Shown piece by piece: positions 12,702 to 24,748 of a stretch of DNA of 64,000 nucleotides. Source of the DNA: an uncultured bacterium. Its GTDB lineage: Bacteria > Verrucomicrobiota > Verrucomicrobiia > Limisphaerales > UBA8199. Each line of letters opens with the position of its first letter. Position 1 is the stretch's first letter. Under the pieces are notes generated by a model, which saw only the letters and a list, made by a program, of their open reading frames with translations, was not told where the DNA came from and did not search any database. A program made the position numbers and the translations under genes. The DNA is taken from the NCBI GenBank assembly GCA_963749495.1, contig CAVVMW010000010.1, positions 640,001 to 704,000 of the forward strand. Reading direction: 5' to 3'.

Positions 12702-13150
12702 TTAACCTGACATAGACTCTAGTGAGACCTCTCCAATACTCCTCCACAGCGGCTCCAGGTCCGGGTCATCGAGGGCCATGAGCTTCAATTTCCTGGGATC
12801 GCCAATCTCAAACGCCTTTTCCAACCAGTGCTTTGCTTGTTCGATCCGGCCCAACTGGCACTCATAGCAGGCCAGGTTGTAGCGCATGATCGGGTCCTCT
12901 GGGAATTTGTCCACCACCCGCAGCAGATTGTCACGGGCTTCGGCCGAGCGGTTCAGTTCATGCAGGCAAAAGGACCGGTGAACCCAGCCCAATGGATGTT
13001 CGGGGGCCAGTTGAATCAGCGCCGAGGCAATGTCCAGCGCGGCATCCCACTTCCTGGCCTTAGCGTAAATCTGCCACCGAACCTCCAAAACGGCCGGGTG
13101 AGCACGATTCTCTGCCGTGATTTGCTCCAGTTCCTCGTTGGCTTCGAGAT
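12702..13150 (-). CDS. TPR-repeat protein (5' end uncertain)
   Basis: LEANEELEQI..VRWQIY..YNLACYECQLG..ALDDPDLEPLW. Confidence 0.75.
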
Positions 13151-14267
13151 GACCTGGCCAGCGGCTGCGCGCAACACACCCGGGGTAATAGAATTCTCTG
13201 CAGGCCTTAGCATTGAGCTACGGCAGGCGAATATGAACTATCTCGACGGCTTTAGTGTGCATCACGGGGCTGATACAGAGGAACGTGGCTGGAAGGATCC
13301 CGATGAGCCACGCTGTGGGGGTTCCCTGAGAACACGCCGTCGTGCCCGAATGCGTTGACATGAACAAGATCGACCCAATTCTCGAGTTGTCGGACGAAGA
13401 ACTGGCGGCCCTGATGGCCATGCTGGAGGAGGCCGAAAAGCCCCGTTGCGCCAAGTGTGGCGAGCCCGTGGGCGAAACCGGTCAGCCGTCTCCCGGGTGC
13501 AGTTCGCTCTCCGAGTGGCTGGAGCAACAACAAGCGACGAGCTGTGCGGACCAGCGCAAACCGCCCAGGTGCGAGGGCTAGTCGCGGTCTGACCGGGCTG
13601 CACCGGGCCGCCGTCGCTGGTCTCGCCCTGGTCCATAACCGTAGCGCCGATGTCCACGGCCTGGTCCACGCTGTGGTGCGCCGGGCAGAGGTTGAGCCCG
13701 GTGAGGCGGAGGTCGACATCGTCGGTCTCAAGGGATTGGTCGTCGCGGGCTACATTCACCAGGCCGCTCAATGAGATTTACGTCACGGACGACCGCCTGC
13801 TGATTGTGGTGGAAGACGCCATCGTCTGGGGCATGTGCTTTCAGGAGCGCCCAGGTGCCCTCGAACGGCTGGCGGCGCTCACCGGCCAGAGGCCATCCTC
13901 TGCCGAGTCTGAGGTCGAGGCGGAGGCCGAGGAACCGCAGCCGTCCGGGGCTGTCACGGTACCAGGACCGGGCTCTACCAGGACCGGGCTCAGCGTCTGG
14001 TCGTCCTCCTGGTACGCCAGGCAGCGGTTGAGACCGGTTACATGGAGGCATTGGCGTTGGCGACCTGGACGATGTGGCGGATGCGGGCTGGAGGCCAGGT
14101 GGCCCGTGCTCAGGCCGTCGGTCGCCACCAACTGACCTGGTCGCGCTCCTGGCCGGGCTTGTGCTCCAGTTGGCGGCGCACGCGCTGGCGCTCCTCGGCG
14201 CGACCAACTTCTTGCCCGGTTTGCTCACCGGGGTCTCACTCTGCTTTTGGGCTTTGGTCCTTCCGAC

Positions 14268-14729
14268 TCAGCCGCCGAGAAATTTGCGGAAAGACTCGGG
14301 CAGAACGTTCAGAAGCAACCGCTTGACCTTCTCGCTGCACATACACCAAACGCACTGGCCCACCATCCAGGCCACATGGAACCCAAAGCAAAATGCCAGC
14401 CATCTGCGGGCACACTTCGACTGGTAGCGGCGTTTGTCTTCGAGATACTGTTTCTTTTCGTCGTTATATGCCGGGTCGAAGGAGTCCATGCGGACTTTGA
14501 CCGGCAGGATGCGCGAAAGGAGACCCACGAGGCGGAAGAGGCGTTGGGTTGCCCGCCTGGCCGGAGGCTCTTCGGACGGCTCCTCGCCCGCAAGCCCTAG
14601 GATTGCCCATCGACGCCAGATGAAAGTAGTGAGGATACATGCCGTAGCCCCAGAGAAAACCATGGCCGAACGGTGAGGAGAAGCGCCTTCAATAACTGCT
14701 GAGGCTAAGAAGCCGACGTTCATAGCCAT
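14268..14729 (-). CDS. Hypothetical membrane-associated protein
   Basis: 153-aa ORF with hydrophobic segments; no recognisable family. Confidence 0.35.
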   Translation of the reverse strand: MAMNVGFLASAVIEGASPHRSAMVFSGATACILTTFIWRRWAILGLAGEEPSEEPPARRATQRLFRLVGLLSRILPVKVRMDSFDPAYNDEKKQYLEDKRRYQSKCARRWLAFCFGFHVAWMVGQCVWCMCSEKVKRLLLNVLPESFRKFLGG

Positions 14730-14859
14730 GATTCCGACTGACAGCAGCGCAATCTTCCGCAGCCTCTTGATACCGGGCCGGCTCCCGTCGGCCTACACGG
14801 TCCTGGCGCCGGTGAAGCAACGCCTGCTTGCCCTCAAGCCGGGGCATTTCCGGGTGCCC

Positions 14860-15595
14860 CCTGGCCTGCAACGGCTTCGCCGCAAGCGGAAAGGACCCGA
14901 CGACGGGAGGCGATTACCATTTCCTGGGGCGGGACTTCATGTTCGCGACCGCGCATGTGTTCCAGGACGTGGCCGCGATGATCATCCGGAACCCGGCTGA
15001 TGGGATTGCCACGGTGAGCGTGGCCGCCCCAGGAATGGTGGGCACGATTGCCGGCGTGAATGTCCGTGGCGTGGGGATCGGCGTTGACATGTGCCCGGCG
15101 GCCAACTGCGACCCGGACCGCCCGGGTTTGAATTCGCTCCTGCTGACACGCCACAGCATCGAGCGGGGTGGGACATGCAAGGAGGCCGTGAATGCGATCA
15201 AGGAAGCCCGGCGCGGGGTGTCATGGCTCTACATCGTGGCCGACGGCGCAACCGACGAAGCTTGCGTCGTGGAAGCCGGCGCCACGACGACGGCAATGGA
15301 TGTCCTTCGGTATGTTGATGACTGGGTGGTCAACACGCTCAAGGCGGCCAATCCCGACTTCGAGAACCTGCTGAAGACGCCCTCGGCGCCATTCCTGGAC
15401 GGGCTCATGGCCCGCGGGAAGGACTACGTCTGCCCGCAGGCCTTCCAGGCGCTCAACCCCGCCTTGATAGGGGCCTTCGGAAAACGCTCGCTCTCGTACG
15501 CGTATCATTACAATCCGCAGGATTTCTCCACGGACGGTTTTCTCGACCCGACTTGGAAGGGCAGGAACTGCCCAGGGAGCGGTCTGCTTGATTGA
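14860..15595 (+). pseudogene. Peptidase C45 / Ntn-hydrolase-like fragment
   Basis: ACNGFAA..GRDFMF..GMVGTIAGVNVRGVGIG..WLYIVADG..VVEA. Confidence 0.65.
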
Positions 15596-15699
15596 CCTGA
15601 AGACGGCGACAATGGAGTCGCATTACGGCTACGAGCGCGACAACTGGGTGCGCCTTGGCTTGCGGAACTACGTGCAGGCGGTCCCGGGGTGAAGGTCAC

Positions 15700-15890
15700 C
15701 TCGGCGAGCCGTATGTCCTGGCGGATGAGGTTGAAGAGGAGCGTGGACTGGCCGGTCCCTGAGGCGCCAATGATGTGCATGTGCCGCACGCGCTGCTCCG
15801 GCGTGAGCCTGACCTGGATGGACTGCCCGGTGTGAACGTTGTCACCAGGCAACACCCCGGAGGCGTGTCGGGCAGGGATCAACGAGGCCG
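15700..15890 (-). pseudogene. VirD4/TraD/HerA-like ATPase fragment
   Basis: RVRHMHIIGASGTGQSTLLFNLIRQDI (Walker A with K to Q). Confidence 0.7.
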
Positions 15891-15972
15891 GTCAACGTGG
15901 ATTTGGGCTCTCTGTAAACGAGGCGCTATCGATTCGTCGTTACCCGTTTCCGTTTCCCTGGGGGTCCAGAGG

Positions 15973-16003
15973 CCCCTCCGAGGGGGAGGGCCAGGGTGAG
16001 GGG
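15973..16003 (+). repeat. Possible short GC-rich interspersed repeat (GGGGGAGGGCCAGGGTGAGGGG type)
   Basis: Small hairpin followed by GGGTGAGGGG, resembling REP-like extragenic repeats; single copy here. Confidence 0.3.
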
Positions 16004-16181
16004 TCTGCCCGCCGTGTGGCCACCGCCGTCTCAGCTGGACTCTGTCCATTTCTCGGTGGCCACATACGCCAACGAATATAGGACACGGCGGAAAATAGAC
16101 TGCCGCCGTATAGCCCTGAAAGCTATCATCGGATTCGATGGTCTGGACCTTGCGGTGACCAGGCTCTGCCAGCATCGCGGA

Positions 16182-17211
16182 TTAGCGGGCACGGGCATCG
16201 AGGGTCCTCACGAGGGCGAGCGTTTGGGCGTCCCAGACCTTCACGGTCAAGTCATCCCGCCCAAACCGTGGCCAGGCGCCGGCCGTCGGGCGAAAAGACC
16301 ACGCAGGAGATGGACCCACGGTGGGCCGGCGCCTGGTCGAAGCGCTCGCCGGCTGCCGTGCTCCAAACCAGGAGCGTCCCACCAGAATCAACCGCGGCCA
16401 GCGTTTGCCCATCCGGGGAGAACGCGACGCTATTGACCGGGGAGGCGGCGCCCTCCAACTCCCGGCTCATGCGGATGGAGCGGCTGTCCCAAAGCCTCAC
16501 GGTTTGCTGGCACCCGGTCGCGAAAGACAGTCCGTCTGGCGCGAAGGCGAGCCCGTTCGCCTCCGGGCTTTCCATCGGCGGTCCTGCGTAGGCCAGGACC
16601 ACCGCGGGTTCGGCGCTCCTGAGCAGGTCGTACACATAAGCATTCCCTCTTTGGGTGGTTGCGGCCAGCAGGCGGCAGTCGGGCGAGACGGCCACATTGA
16701 GCACCTTTTCGCCCGGCAGCACCAGCATGTCCAGTTCCTTGCCCGCCGTGTCACCCAAGCTCACGGTGCCGTCCATGCTGCCGCTGGCGATGAACGTGTT
16801 GTCCGCAGCAATGGCCACCGCGCTCACCAGGGTTGAGTGCGGCGGCAGCACGGCCAGAAGCTTGCCCGAGACCGGATTGAGCAACTTCGTGGCGCCGCTG
16901 AAATCGCCAAGGGCGACGAACTTGCCGTCGGAGGACGGGACCGCCGCGCGGATTCCGCAGGGCTGCCATATCAGGCGACGCCTCTTGCCCTTGGCCAGAT
17001 CCCAAGCGGCAACCTCCCCCTGCCGAGGCGGGTCCGCCAGCCTATCCTGCCCGCTGGTGGTCAAGAGTGTCTTGCCATCGGGCAGAAAAGCGGCGGACCA
17101 GAAACTCAGCACCACCCGAGGGGGATGCCTCCAGTGGATCAGCGCGAGCCCGAGGCATGCAACTGGCAGCAGACACGCCGCGATGGTGAGGAGGATTCTC
17201 TTCTTCTTCAC
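16182..17211 (-). CDS. Membrane-anchored WD40-repeat protein (frameshift near the 3' end)
   Basis: N-terminal TM segment; repeated AFSPDG..LA..VRLWD / VKVWD. Confidence 0.85.
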
Positions 17212-17230
17212 GGCTCGTCCATCGGCGCTC

Positions 17231-18186
17231 TCAGGGTGGGGGTACGTCTCCGCTGATATTTGCCGAGGTCCGAGCGCGCATCCAAACCCAGTCGAGATGA
17301 TCCTGCGGGTCCCTTATGCGATACCGGTCACCGTGCTTCTCAGTCGAGCTCAACCACTTGTGGCTTTCGGAATGCCCGTCCGCGAAGGCAAAGCCGCAGC
17401 CTCCGTTGTGATAGGTGCCGGGCGCGTCAATCCATATGGGCTGTTCCATCCCGAAGGCGAAGGCGGCGTCATTCAAGCCGTGGATGCCCTCATCCACCAG
17501 CACCCAGAGCATCGCCGGTCCCGGGGCCGGATGCTCGAGAGCTTCCCGTAGGTCAACCAGGGCGAATCGGCCAGATGGTTGAACCGGTTGTTCAACCAGG
17601 GCCCGTTCACCGGCCGGAACGGCACGCCCGAGTGCGGGGGGAACGGGGTGCTGATCCCCTTTGTGCCGACGGCAAACCCGGGGCAGATCGAGCCAACCGC
17701 CTGGCTCATGGAGAAGGTCCTGGCGGCGGGGACGGTCCTGCCCAAAAGGTTCGGGTCGGAGCCTTGATACGGACCCTGCCGCTTGTCGCCAGGACAGTGA
17801 AACAGGGAGACGTTCCCCGCCAGGTACGGGATGAGCAGGTTCCGCTTCGGGTCCTTCAGCAGGTCGGGATTAAACTCCGCCGGGCCATTCACGCCGGCGA
17901 CCCCAGAACACCAGTTATGGCCTGGGATTACGTTGCCATCGTCGGGGTTGGGTGGAAACAGGTCGTGGTAATCCCCCGTGTAGAGCGTCATGGCCGCCAT
18001 CATCTGTCTGCCGTTGTTGAGGCAATAGACTCCCTGGGCCTTTTGCTTGGTCTTTGAAAGGGCCGGCAACAACAGGCCCGCGAGGATGCCGATCACGGCA
18101 ATCACCACGAGCAACTCGATCAGCGTAAAGGCCCCCGTCTTCCGAGCGGCGGTCCCGGCGTGAAAAGTCGTTCCCTGCGTTTCCAT
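17231..18186 (-). CDS. Prepilin-type N-terminal cleavage/methylation protein (H-X9-DG type), frameshifted
   Basis: [36 protein letters not shown], and C-terminal YHNGGCGFAFADGH. Confidence 0.88.
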
Positions 18187-18459
18187 AAAAGCGCTCCAAC
18201 GATCGACAGCCAGTCATCGCCCCGAATTCCAAGGCTGTCCGTCATCGTCTGTTCAGTAGTTCAGACCCACGCTGAGCCAAAAGCGCACGAAAAAAAATCC
18301 AAGAATCCGCGGCACGGCGATTTAACGGTTGGCCGGACAAGGTGCGGCTTCGACGGCTATTGCGCGGCTTCCGGGCTTGTGCCGGAACTCGCAGGGTCGA
18401 GCGGATCCGCGAACGAGGACCTCAGGGAGGACGGGGAAAAAAAGGGGTCACCCCGCATT

Positions 18460-18580
18460 TTCCAATGTGGGCCAGACCACGCTCATCGCATACCCGGCCG
18501 GGAAAACCGGAGGCTACACCATCCCCAACAGTGTCACCAACATCGGCGACCGCGCATTCTCTGCCTGCGCCAACCTGACT
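18460..18580 (+). pseudogene. BspA-type LRR fragment
   Basis: TTLIAYPAGKTGGYTIPNSVTNIGDRAFSAC. Confidence 0.65.
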
Positions 18581-18724
18581 CGATCTGCTCGCCTCGTATT
18601 ATGGGGATCGTGCCAAGACAATTCAAAGGACCTTGGACGCTGTGCGAGCGGGTCGGCCGCCGGGCGCGCCTCGGCGGCCTTGACCGATTGGTTTGGCCGC
18701 GGTAGGTTAACGTTTGTATTTATC

Positions 18725-19478
18725 GTGAAAAGGGCGACTGGTTTCGAAGCAGGCAGCGGGTCCCCGAGGGCATTGGCTCGCCGGGCGTTCGCGTTTACGC
18801 TTGTCGAACTGCTCGTCGTCATCGCCGTCATCGCCATCTTGGCCGCAATGCTGCTTCCGGCGTTGTCCAGGGCCAAGGCCCAAGCCAATTCGATCAAATG
18901 CAAAAGCCTGCTGGATTTCGTGACGGACATTAGAATGCATTTGGGATTTGCTGTAGGCACCTGGACGGCGGAAATGACAATTGCTAATCTGTAAGTAATT
19001 GCTGGTAACTGCGCAATGGCCGGACCTTGAACAGTTACTGGCTCAACCTGAAGAACTGCTGTTTGCTAGAGATGGCATTAGTCACGACGTTTTGCCCACC
19101 AACAACGGCCGGACCCGGAGAGACGGCAGCTACAATGGTGGCGCCAAGAAGCCCTGGCCCGGAGAACCGGCGCCGCGGTGGGATTCGCCACAAAAGACGA
19201 CCGACAGCCCAATGCTGGTGCTGGCCTGTGATTTGAATGCCTGGGCCGACCCTGCGACCGGTTACGGCTGGGTCATTGCGCCGCACGGGCCGGGCGGGGC
19301 GGCCAAGGAAGCCGGCGACCCGTTTATCGGGGGCGTGACCAAGCTCACCACCTCGCGCCAAGTCGGCGGCGCGGGCGGCAATGTTCTGCTCCTTTCGGGC
19401 TCAGTCAACTGGAAGAACCTCCGGAACATGACGAACTACTGGGCCTACCAAGGCGGCGGCTACTGGAACATGTGGTAG
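18725..19478 (+). pseudogene. Prepilin-type gene in two pieces with unrelated sequence between
   Basis: AFTLVELLVVIAVIAILAAMLLPALSRAK..KC, then separately APHG..GGNVLLLSGSVNW. Confidence 0.7.
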
Positions 19479-19567
19479 GCCCGCGAGGTCAAAGGTCGTT
19501 GCCGTTGGTGGCAACGTGGAGCTCCACGGGTGCGGCCTCAGCCAGGCAACCCGTAAGGTCAAACAAT

Positions 19568-19985
19568 TCATGCAGCCTCACGGTAGTAGAACCTGAGTAC
19601 CCCTCCCAGCCGCTCTCTCCTCCGAATCGGTCCTTCCTTCCCCCCAATCTGGTCAGCCGGCACCGGAAACAGAATCACATTGCCCCTGCCTTGGTGGTTT
19701 CTCTCGCTGTGAAAATGGGCAACGTACTGTTCCAGGCAGTGCCGTAACGACCTCTCCCCGAACAGAATCAGCCTGGACAGGAGTTCATCTTTCGCTGACC
19801 TGATCCAGCGTTCGCAGTAAGCATTGAGATCGGGACTTCGCACCGGCAGCACGACCGGCTCCACGCCTCCAGCCCGGAGGATCGCATCAAACCCGGCACA
19901 GAACTTGGCGTCTCGGTCGTGCAGCAGGTAACGACACCCATTCAGGAAGCCCTCCTCAGCCAAGGTCACATTCCGGGCTCCATTT
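19568..19985 (-). pseudogene. Integrase-core transposase C-terminal fragment
   Basis: YLLHDRDAKF, RSPDLNAYCERWIRSAKDE, ERNHQG, ERLGGVLRFY. Confidence 0.85.
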
Positions 19986-20083
19986 GCTTCATCCAGTTGA
20001 GGTCCGGCCAAGGCGTCACACCGGCAATATAGACCTTTCGGGGCGCAACACGCAGGAAACCGAGTCGTGGTGCTATAACTCAC

Positions 20084-23000
20084 TTAAGGCACGGAACGCA
20101 TCCGGTAATAACCTTCCGGCCCCATGGGGCTGAAAGTGAAGGTGATCACGCCTGTGGCGCTAGCCCGGTTGGTGACCACCGCCGTCCAGCTTACCGGTGG
20201 AGTCAGACTGATTGTCTTGTCAATCGCGTACTGCGCATTCGGAACGCCCTGGTATGTGCTTTGGTAAGCACCGTTCGTCATCACCGGACGGGTGAACTGG
20301 TTATAACCAGGCGGCGGCAGAATCACCACTTGCCTCAGGCTCGACGGGGAACTGGCCTTGAAGCTGCCGCTGCCTGGATACTGAACGGACACCGTATTGG
20401 TCCCCTCCGGCAAGCTGAGGGAAACCGCCGCCACCCCCGAATCCAACGCCACTGGCGCGCCGCTCGGCACACCGTTGAGCAGGAACTGCACTGCGCCGCT
20501 GGGGAGGTAACCTGGCGCGCTGACCGTTGCCGTGAAGGTGACTGGCGCGCCATAGTAGGACGGGTTGATCGCCGAAACCAGCCCCAACTGGGTCGGAATC
20601 GGCGCCGGGCTGGCCGCGCTCGTCACCTGCAATACGCCTGTCCCAGTCAACCGGCTGTCGGTGCTGGCTGCGCCGGAACTCGGCGAACCCCACTTGCCCA
20701 CTGCGGCATAAGTGGCGCCGCCGTCGAATGACAGGGAATGAATTGTATTGGTCCCTTTAAAGTTCAGATTGACTACGGGTAATCCACTCAATAAGAGGTC
20801 CGCCGTTGAACCGATGTACGAACCCGCGACCCCAAGCTCGAGGATAAGCGTCGCCCCATCGGCAACCGCGACGTTGCCGCTTCCCAGCCCGCCGTCGCTC
20901 TGGACGTCAAGGGTCCCGGCCAGAACCAGCGTGCCGCCGCCGTAGGAGTTCGAGGCCGTGAGCGTCACCGTGCCCGTTCCCAACTTGGTCAACCTCGCAC
21001 CGGCGCCACCGTCGCTGATGGCGCCGCTGAATGTCACGTTCGCCTGATTCTGGGCCAGCAATTGGACGTTCGTGGCCAGCGCGACCGGTCCGGAAAAGAC
21101 GGGACTGCCTCCATCGTTGGCGCCGATGGTTGTCCCCGCGCCATAGGCGTTGACGTCAATTTGGTGCGTCACCAAACGCCTTGCCCCTTCCGTCAACAAG
21201 GCCAGCGCATCCGAGGGCTGCGAGAGGCTGTCGCCCATTTGCACGGGGAGGTCGTTGTATCCCAGGCTGCCGCCTCCTCCGCTCGGGTCGGCCGTGCCGT
21301 CTGCGTCTGCCGCCACGAGCAGTGTTCCTGCGCGCACCGTAGTCCCGCCGGCATAGGCTTTGTCGCCGCCGTTGGCCCCGCCGCTGAGCATGCGTACGGT
21401 ACCGGCTCCAATCTTAACCATCGAATTATTCGCATTGCCGATTAGGTTGTTGTTCATGTTGACGGTGCCGCCGGCCGCAGCCGTGAAATAGACCGGCGCG
21501 GTGCTCCCGCTATTCTGCGCGTCCATCCAGTTGCTGAAATAGGCCGTCCCGTTGGTATTGACCCCGCCGATGATGTCAACGCCCATTTCGCCGAACCATA
21601 CCCGGCCTTGCTCGTAGTCGCCGTCCTGCGCTAACAGCAATGCGCATTTGCCTCCATCCGTGCTGTAATAGCCCAGGTTGATGTTTTGCCCTCCGGTCAG
21701 CGTACGAGTAATTAAGCTGCCGTCGTCAATGTAGGGGCTGAACCCGGGCCCGGTGGGCGGCTGCGTCAGTGTAGTGTCCCCGTTGGTGAAGTAACACACC
21801 GCCGAGGCCCCGGAAGCAACTTGGACCTGGCCGGTGAGCATACCCGAGCCGCCACCCTCGTCAAACACCACCGTGACATTATTGCTCAGGAACAGATCGC
21901 CCGGCAAACTGGCCGCGCTCCCCACCAAAGCGCCTTCACCCACGAAGGTGCCGCCGGAGTAGGTATTGGTCGCCGTCAGGTTCAGTTGGCCGGCTCCCAG
22001 CTTCGTCAGGCCCCCGCTCCCCGCTATGGCCGTGCCGATGGTCACGGCCTCGCCGGCAGCGAGTTGGTTGACGGTAACGCTCGGCGCCTCGCCGGCATAG
22101 GCGAGCGTCAGGACGTTGGCCGGGTTGCCGTTGTTGTCCAGTATCCAGCCCCCCGGCGTTGAAGTGTCGGTATCGCCAAACGTCAGGCCCACAACGGTTT
22201 CCGGCGAGTTGAGGGAGACAGTAACCTGGCTGGTGAGGTCCACCGAATTAAAGTCCACCTGGTACGCATCGCTGGTGGGCGCCACATGGTTCTGCCAGTT
22301 AGAGGCATTCGTCCACAGGCCGCTCACCGGATTGGCCCACACCGCAGTCAGCGGCGTCACGTTGACCGTCCGCGTTGCCGTGCCGGTGTTGCCGCTCGGA
22401 TCCGTGGCGCTGTACGTCACCGTGTAAGCGCCCGCAGCGTCGGTATTGAGGGTGGTCTTCGTCACGGCCGGCACGGCTCCGGCGCACTGGTCCAGGGCGG
22501 TGGCCCCAGGGTCCACAAACGTCGATAGGGCCGGTATCGTCAGAGGGTTCGCTCCCAAAACCGTCACCACCGGCGCCAGAGTGTCCACCACGGTAACCGT
22601 CGCGCTGCTGGTGGCCTGCCCGAGGGTGTTGGTCACCAGCACGGAAACCGTATAAACCTCGCCCGCGCCGTGAATGTTGGTGATCGTGAAAGTCGGCGTG
22701 GTCGCCCCGCTGGTCGGGATGCCGTTCACACTCCATTGATAGTGCAGTGTGCCGCTGCCCTTGGCGAACACGGTGTAGGAAACGTTCTGCCCGCATTGCG
22801 CCTCCACGCTGGCCAGGGGCGGACTGATCGTCGGCGTCGTGCTGGCAACCACGACCGAAACGACACCGGAACTCAGTTTGCTGAAATCCCAGGCCAGACC
22901 GGTTTCCGGCGACTGCGGCGAAATGCCAGAAAAACCCTGTGACGTGCCGCCACCCGGCGTCGGGAACAGCGTGAAGGAATCGCCCACCTGCAAGGCATTG

Positions 23001-24748
23001 CCCTCGTTCGACAGCGTCAGCGTCCCTCCGTAAACCACGGCTCCGCTGCAGAACACCTGATCGCTGTTGGGCGAGGCGGCCCGGTTCAACCGAAAGACGG
23101 TATTGCCCGCCAAAGTCAGGTTGCCCAAATTGGCCAGCGCGCCAAGGGCAGAGCTGCCGCCCCATCCGACCGCCAGGGTCGCCCCGTTGCCGACCGTCAG
23201 CGACCCGTTGACCATGCCCACACCCGTTAACGTCTGCCCACTGGCTAGTGTAAAGCCGGGTGTGCTTGAAACGTCCAGCACGGCATTCGAGGCGATCAGG
23301 ACCTGGACGCTGTTCGAGATGCAGGAAGTGGCCGGGGCGGTTGAGCTGAGCTGCAGCGTGCCGCTATTGACGATGGTGCTCGCCGCATAGGTGTTGATGC
23401 CGGTGAAATTCACCCTGCCGGGCCCCTGGATGTTGACCGAGTTGGCTCCGCTGCCGTCGGCAATACCGCCGCTAATGGTCACCACGCCAATCCCGTTTGT
23501 GTCCGGCGCGCTGATGGTGAGATTCGTGAACAACTGGATGCTCCCGCTGAACTGACAACTGGACACTTGGTCACTGGCGCCAATGGTGATGCTGGCGCCG
23601 TACGGGTTGACGCTCAAGGGATGGACGACCAGCCGATTGCTCCCATACGTCAGCAGCGCAATCGTGTCGGTCGGCAGGCTCAGACTGTCCCCCAGTTGTA
23701 CCGTGTTGTTGTTGTAACCGAGCGAACCGCCGTAGCCGTTGCCACCCGTGCCCAGCGCGTCAACGTTCAATTGGAGGGTTCCAGCCCGGATTGTGGTCGT
23801 GCCCGAATACGCCAATCCATCGTTGGGGTTGGAGTTCGCACCCCCCGAGGTGATAATCACCGTGCCGCCCCCGATTTTCGTGACGGACAACGCGGCGCCG
23901 CCGATGAGGTTGAGCACACTGACAGCGCCCCCGGACGCCGCCGTATAATAGATGCTCTTGGTATCGCTGGAGCTCTGCGCGTTAAACCAGTCCTGAAATG
24001 CCACCGTGCCGCTGGTATTCGCTCCCCCCACGATGTTGGTGGTGCCATCAATGCTGCCGAAGAAGCAACGGCGGTTTTGGGTGTCGCCATCCTCGGTCAG
24101 GACCCGTTGGGCCGTATTCCCGGAAGCCCCGTTGTAGCCGATGTAAACGCTGCCCGAACCGCCTCCGCTGTACGTGACACTGCGGGTTTGCAGCGTGCCG
24201 TCAACAATATACAGGACATCATTGGCATTGCTGCAAGCCAGGGGCTGCGCAAGTATGAGTCGGCCCGGATAATCCTTGGTGAAATTGACGCCTGTCCCCA
24301 ACGCCAGCGTGCCATTGAGCGTCATGTCACCAACCGAATTCCAGGTCATGGTATTGTTGTCCAGGACGTTCACATTGTTGGCGATCGTGACCGAGTTGCT
24401 GCTGAAGTTGTCGCACTCGGGTCCCGTAAAAGACGAACTCGCAGAAAAAGAGAGAGCGCTGCCGCTCACCTGGACCGCCCCGCTGGTGTCCGAGAACGTC
24501 AATTGGGACAGCGTTAGCGACGGGGTGATGTCATTGGTGACCGAATAGGTGGCGCTCAGATCAAACATCAGCACTGTGTCGGCTGAGCTGGCTGGGGCGC
24601 TTTTGACATCCCAGTTCGCGCCGACGCTGAAGCTGCCGCCAGCCGGGTTGATCCAGGTCCAGGTTTGAGCTTGCGTCTGTGTGCCGCTTGCCAGCGCTGC
24701 ACCCAGCAGCACCTTGGCGAGCATTAAGTACGGATTCTGGTTTTTCAT
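20084..24748 (-). CDS. 1554-aa secreted protein with autotransporter-associated beta-strand repeats and Ig-like domains
   Basis: Signal peptide; LTKLGAGQLNLTATNTYSGGT-type repeats; FVDPGATA..YTVTYSATD Ig domain; Big-like C-terminal domain. Confidence 0.9.
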   Translation of the reverse strand: MKNQNPYLMLAKVLLGAALASGTQTQAQTWTWINPAGGSFSVGANWDVKSAPASSADTVLMFDLSATYSVTNDITPSLTLSQLTFSDTSGAVQVSGSALSFSASSSFTGPECDNFSSNSVTIANNVNVLDNNTMTWNSVGDMTLNGTLALGTGVNFTKDYPGRLILAQPLACSNANDVLYIVDGTLQTRSVTYSGGGSGSVYIGYNGASGNTAQRVLTEDGDTQNRRCFFGSIDGTTNIVGGANTSGTVAFQDWFNAQSSSDTKSIYYTAASGGAVSVLNLIGGAALSVTKIGGGTVIITSGGANSNPNDGLAYSGTTTIRAGTLQLNVDALGTGGNGYGGSLGYNNNTVQLGDSLSLPTDTIALLTYGSNRLVVHPLSVNPYGASITIGASDQVSSCQFSGSIQLFTNLTISAPDTNGIGVVTISGGIADGSGANSVNIQGPGRVNFTGINTYAASTIVNSGTLQLSSTAPATSCISNSVQVLIASNAVLDVSSTPGFTLASGQTLTGVGMVNGSLTVGNGATLAVGWGGSSALGALANLGNLTLAGNTVFRLNRAASPNSDQVFCSGAVVYGGTLTLSNEGNALQVGDSFTLFPTPGGGTSQGFSGISPQSPETGLAWDFSKLSSGVVSVVVASTTPTISPPLASVEAQCGQNVSYTVFAKGSGTLHYQWSVNGIPTSGATTPTFTITNIHGAGEVYTVSVLVTNTLGQATSSATVTVVDTLAPVVTVLGANPLTIPALSTFVDPGATALDQCAGAVPAVTKTTLNTDAAGAYTVTYSATDPSGNTGTATRTVNVTPLTAVWANPVSGLWTNASNWQNHVAPTSDAYQVDFNSVDLTSQVTVSLNSPETVVGLTFGDTDTSTPGGWILDNNGNPANVLTLAYAGEAPSVTVNQLAAGEAVTIGTAIAGSGGLTKLGAGQLNLTATNTYSGGTFVGEGALVGSAASLPGDLFLSNNVTVVFDEGGGSGMLTGQVQVASGASAVCYFTNGDTTLTQPPTGPGFSPYIDDGSLITRTLTGGQNINLGYYSTDGGKCALLLAQDGDYEQGRVWFGEMGVDIIGGVNTNGTAYFSNWMDAQNSGSTAPVYFTAAAGGTVNMNNNLIGNANNSMVKIGAGTVRMLSGGANGGDKAYAGGTTVRAGTLLVAADADGTADPSGGGGSLGYNDLPVQMGDSLSQPSDALALLTEGARRLVTHQIDVNAYGAGTTIGANDGGSPVFSGPVALATNVQLLAQNQANVTFSGAISDGGAGARLTKLGTGTVTLTASNSYGGGTLVLAGTLDVQSDGGLGSGNVAVADGATLILELGVAGSYIGSTADLLLSGLPVVNLNFKGTNTIHSLSFDGGATYAAVGKWGSPSSGAASTDSRLTGTGVLQVTSAASPAPIPTQLGLVSAINPSYYGAPVTFTATVSAPGYLPSGAVQFLLNGVPSGAPVALDSGVAAVSLSLPEGTNTVSVQYPGSGSFKASSPSSLRQVVILPPPGYNQFTRPVMTNGAYQSTYQGVPNAQYAIDKTISLTPPVSWTAVVTNRASATGVITFTFSPMGPEGYYRMRSVP

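Noticed and set aside
13200..14250. Short ORFs with possible zinc-ribbon or membrane features
   Set aside because: No consistent frame or family could be supported; probably joined fragments.
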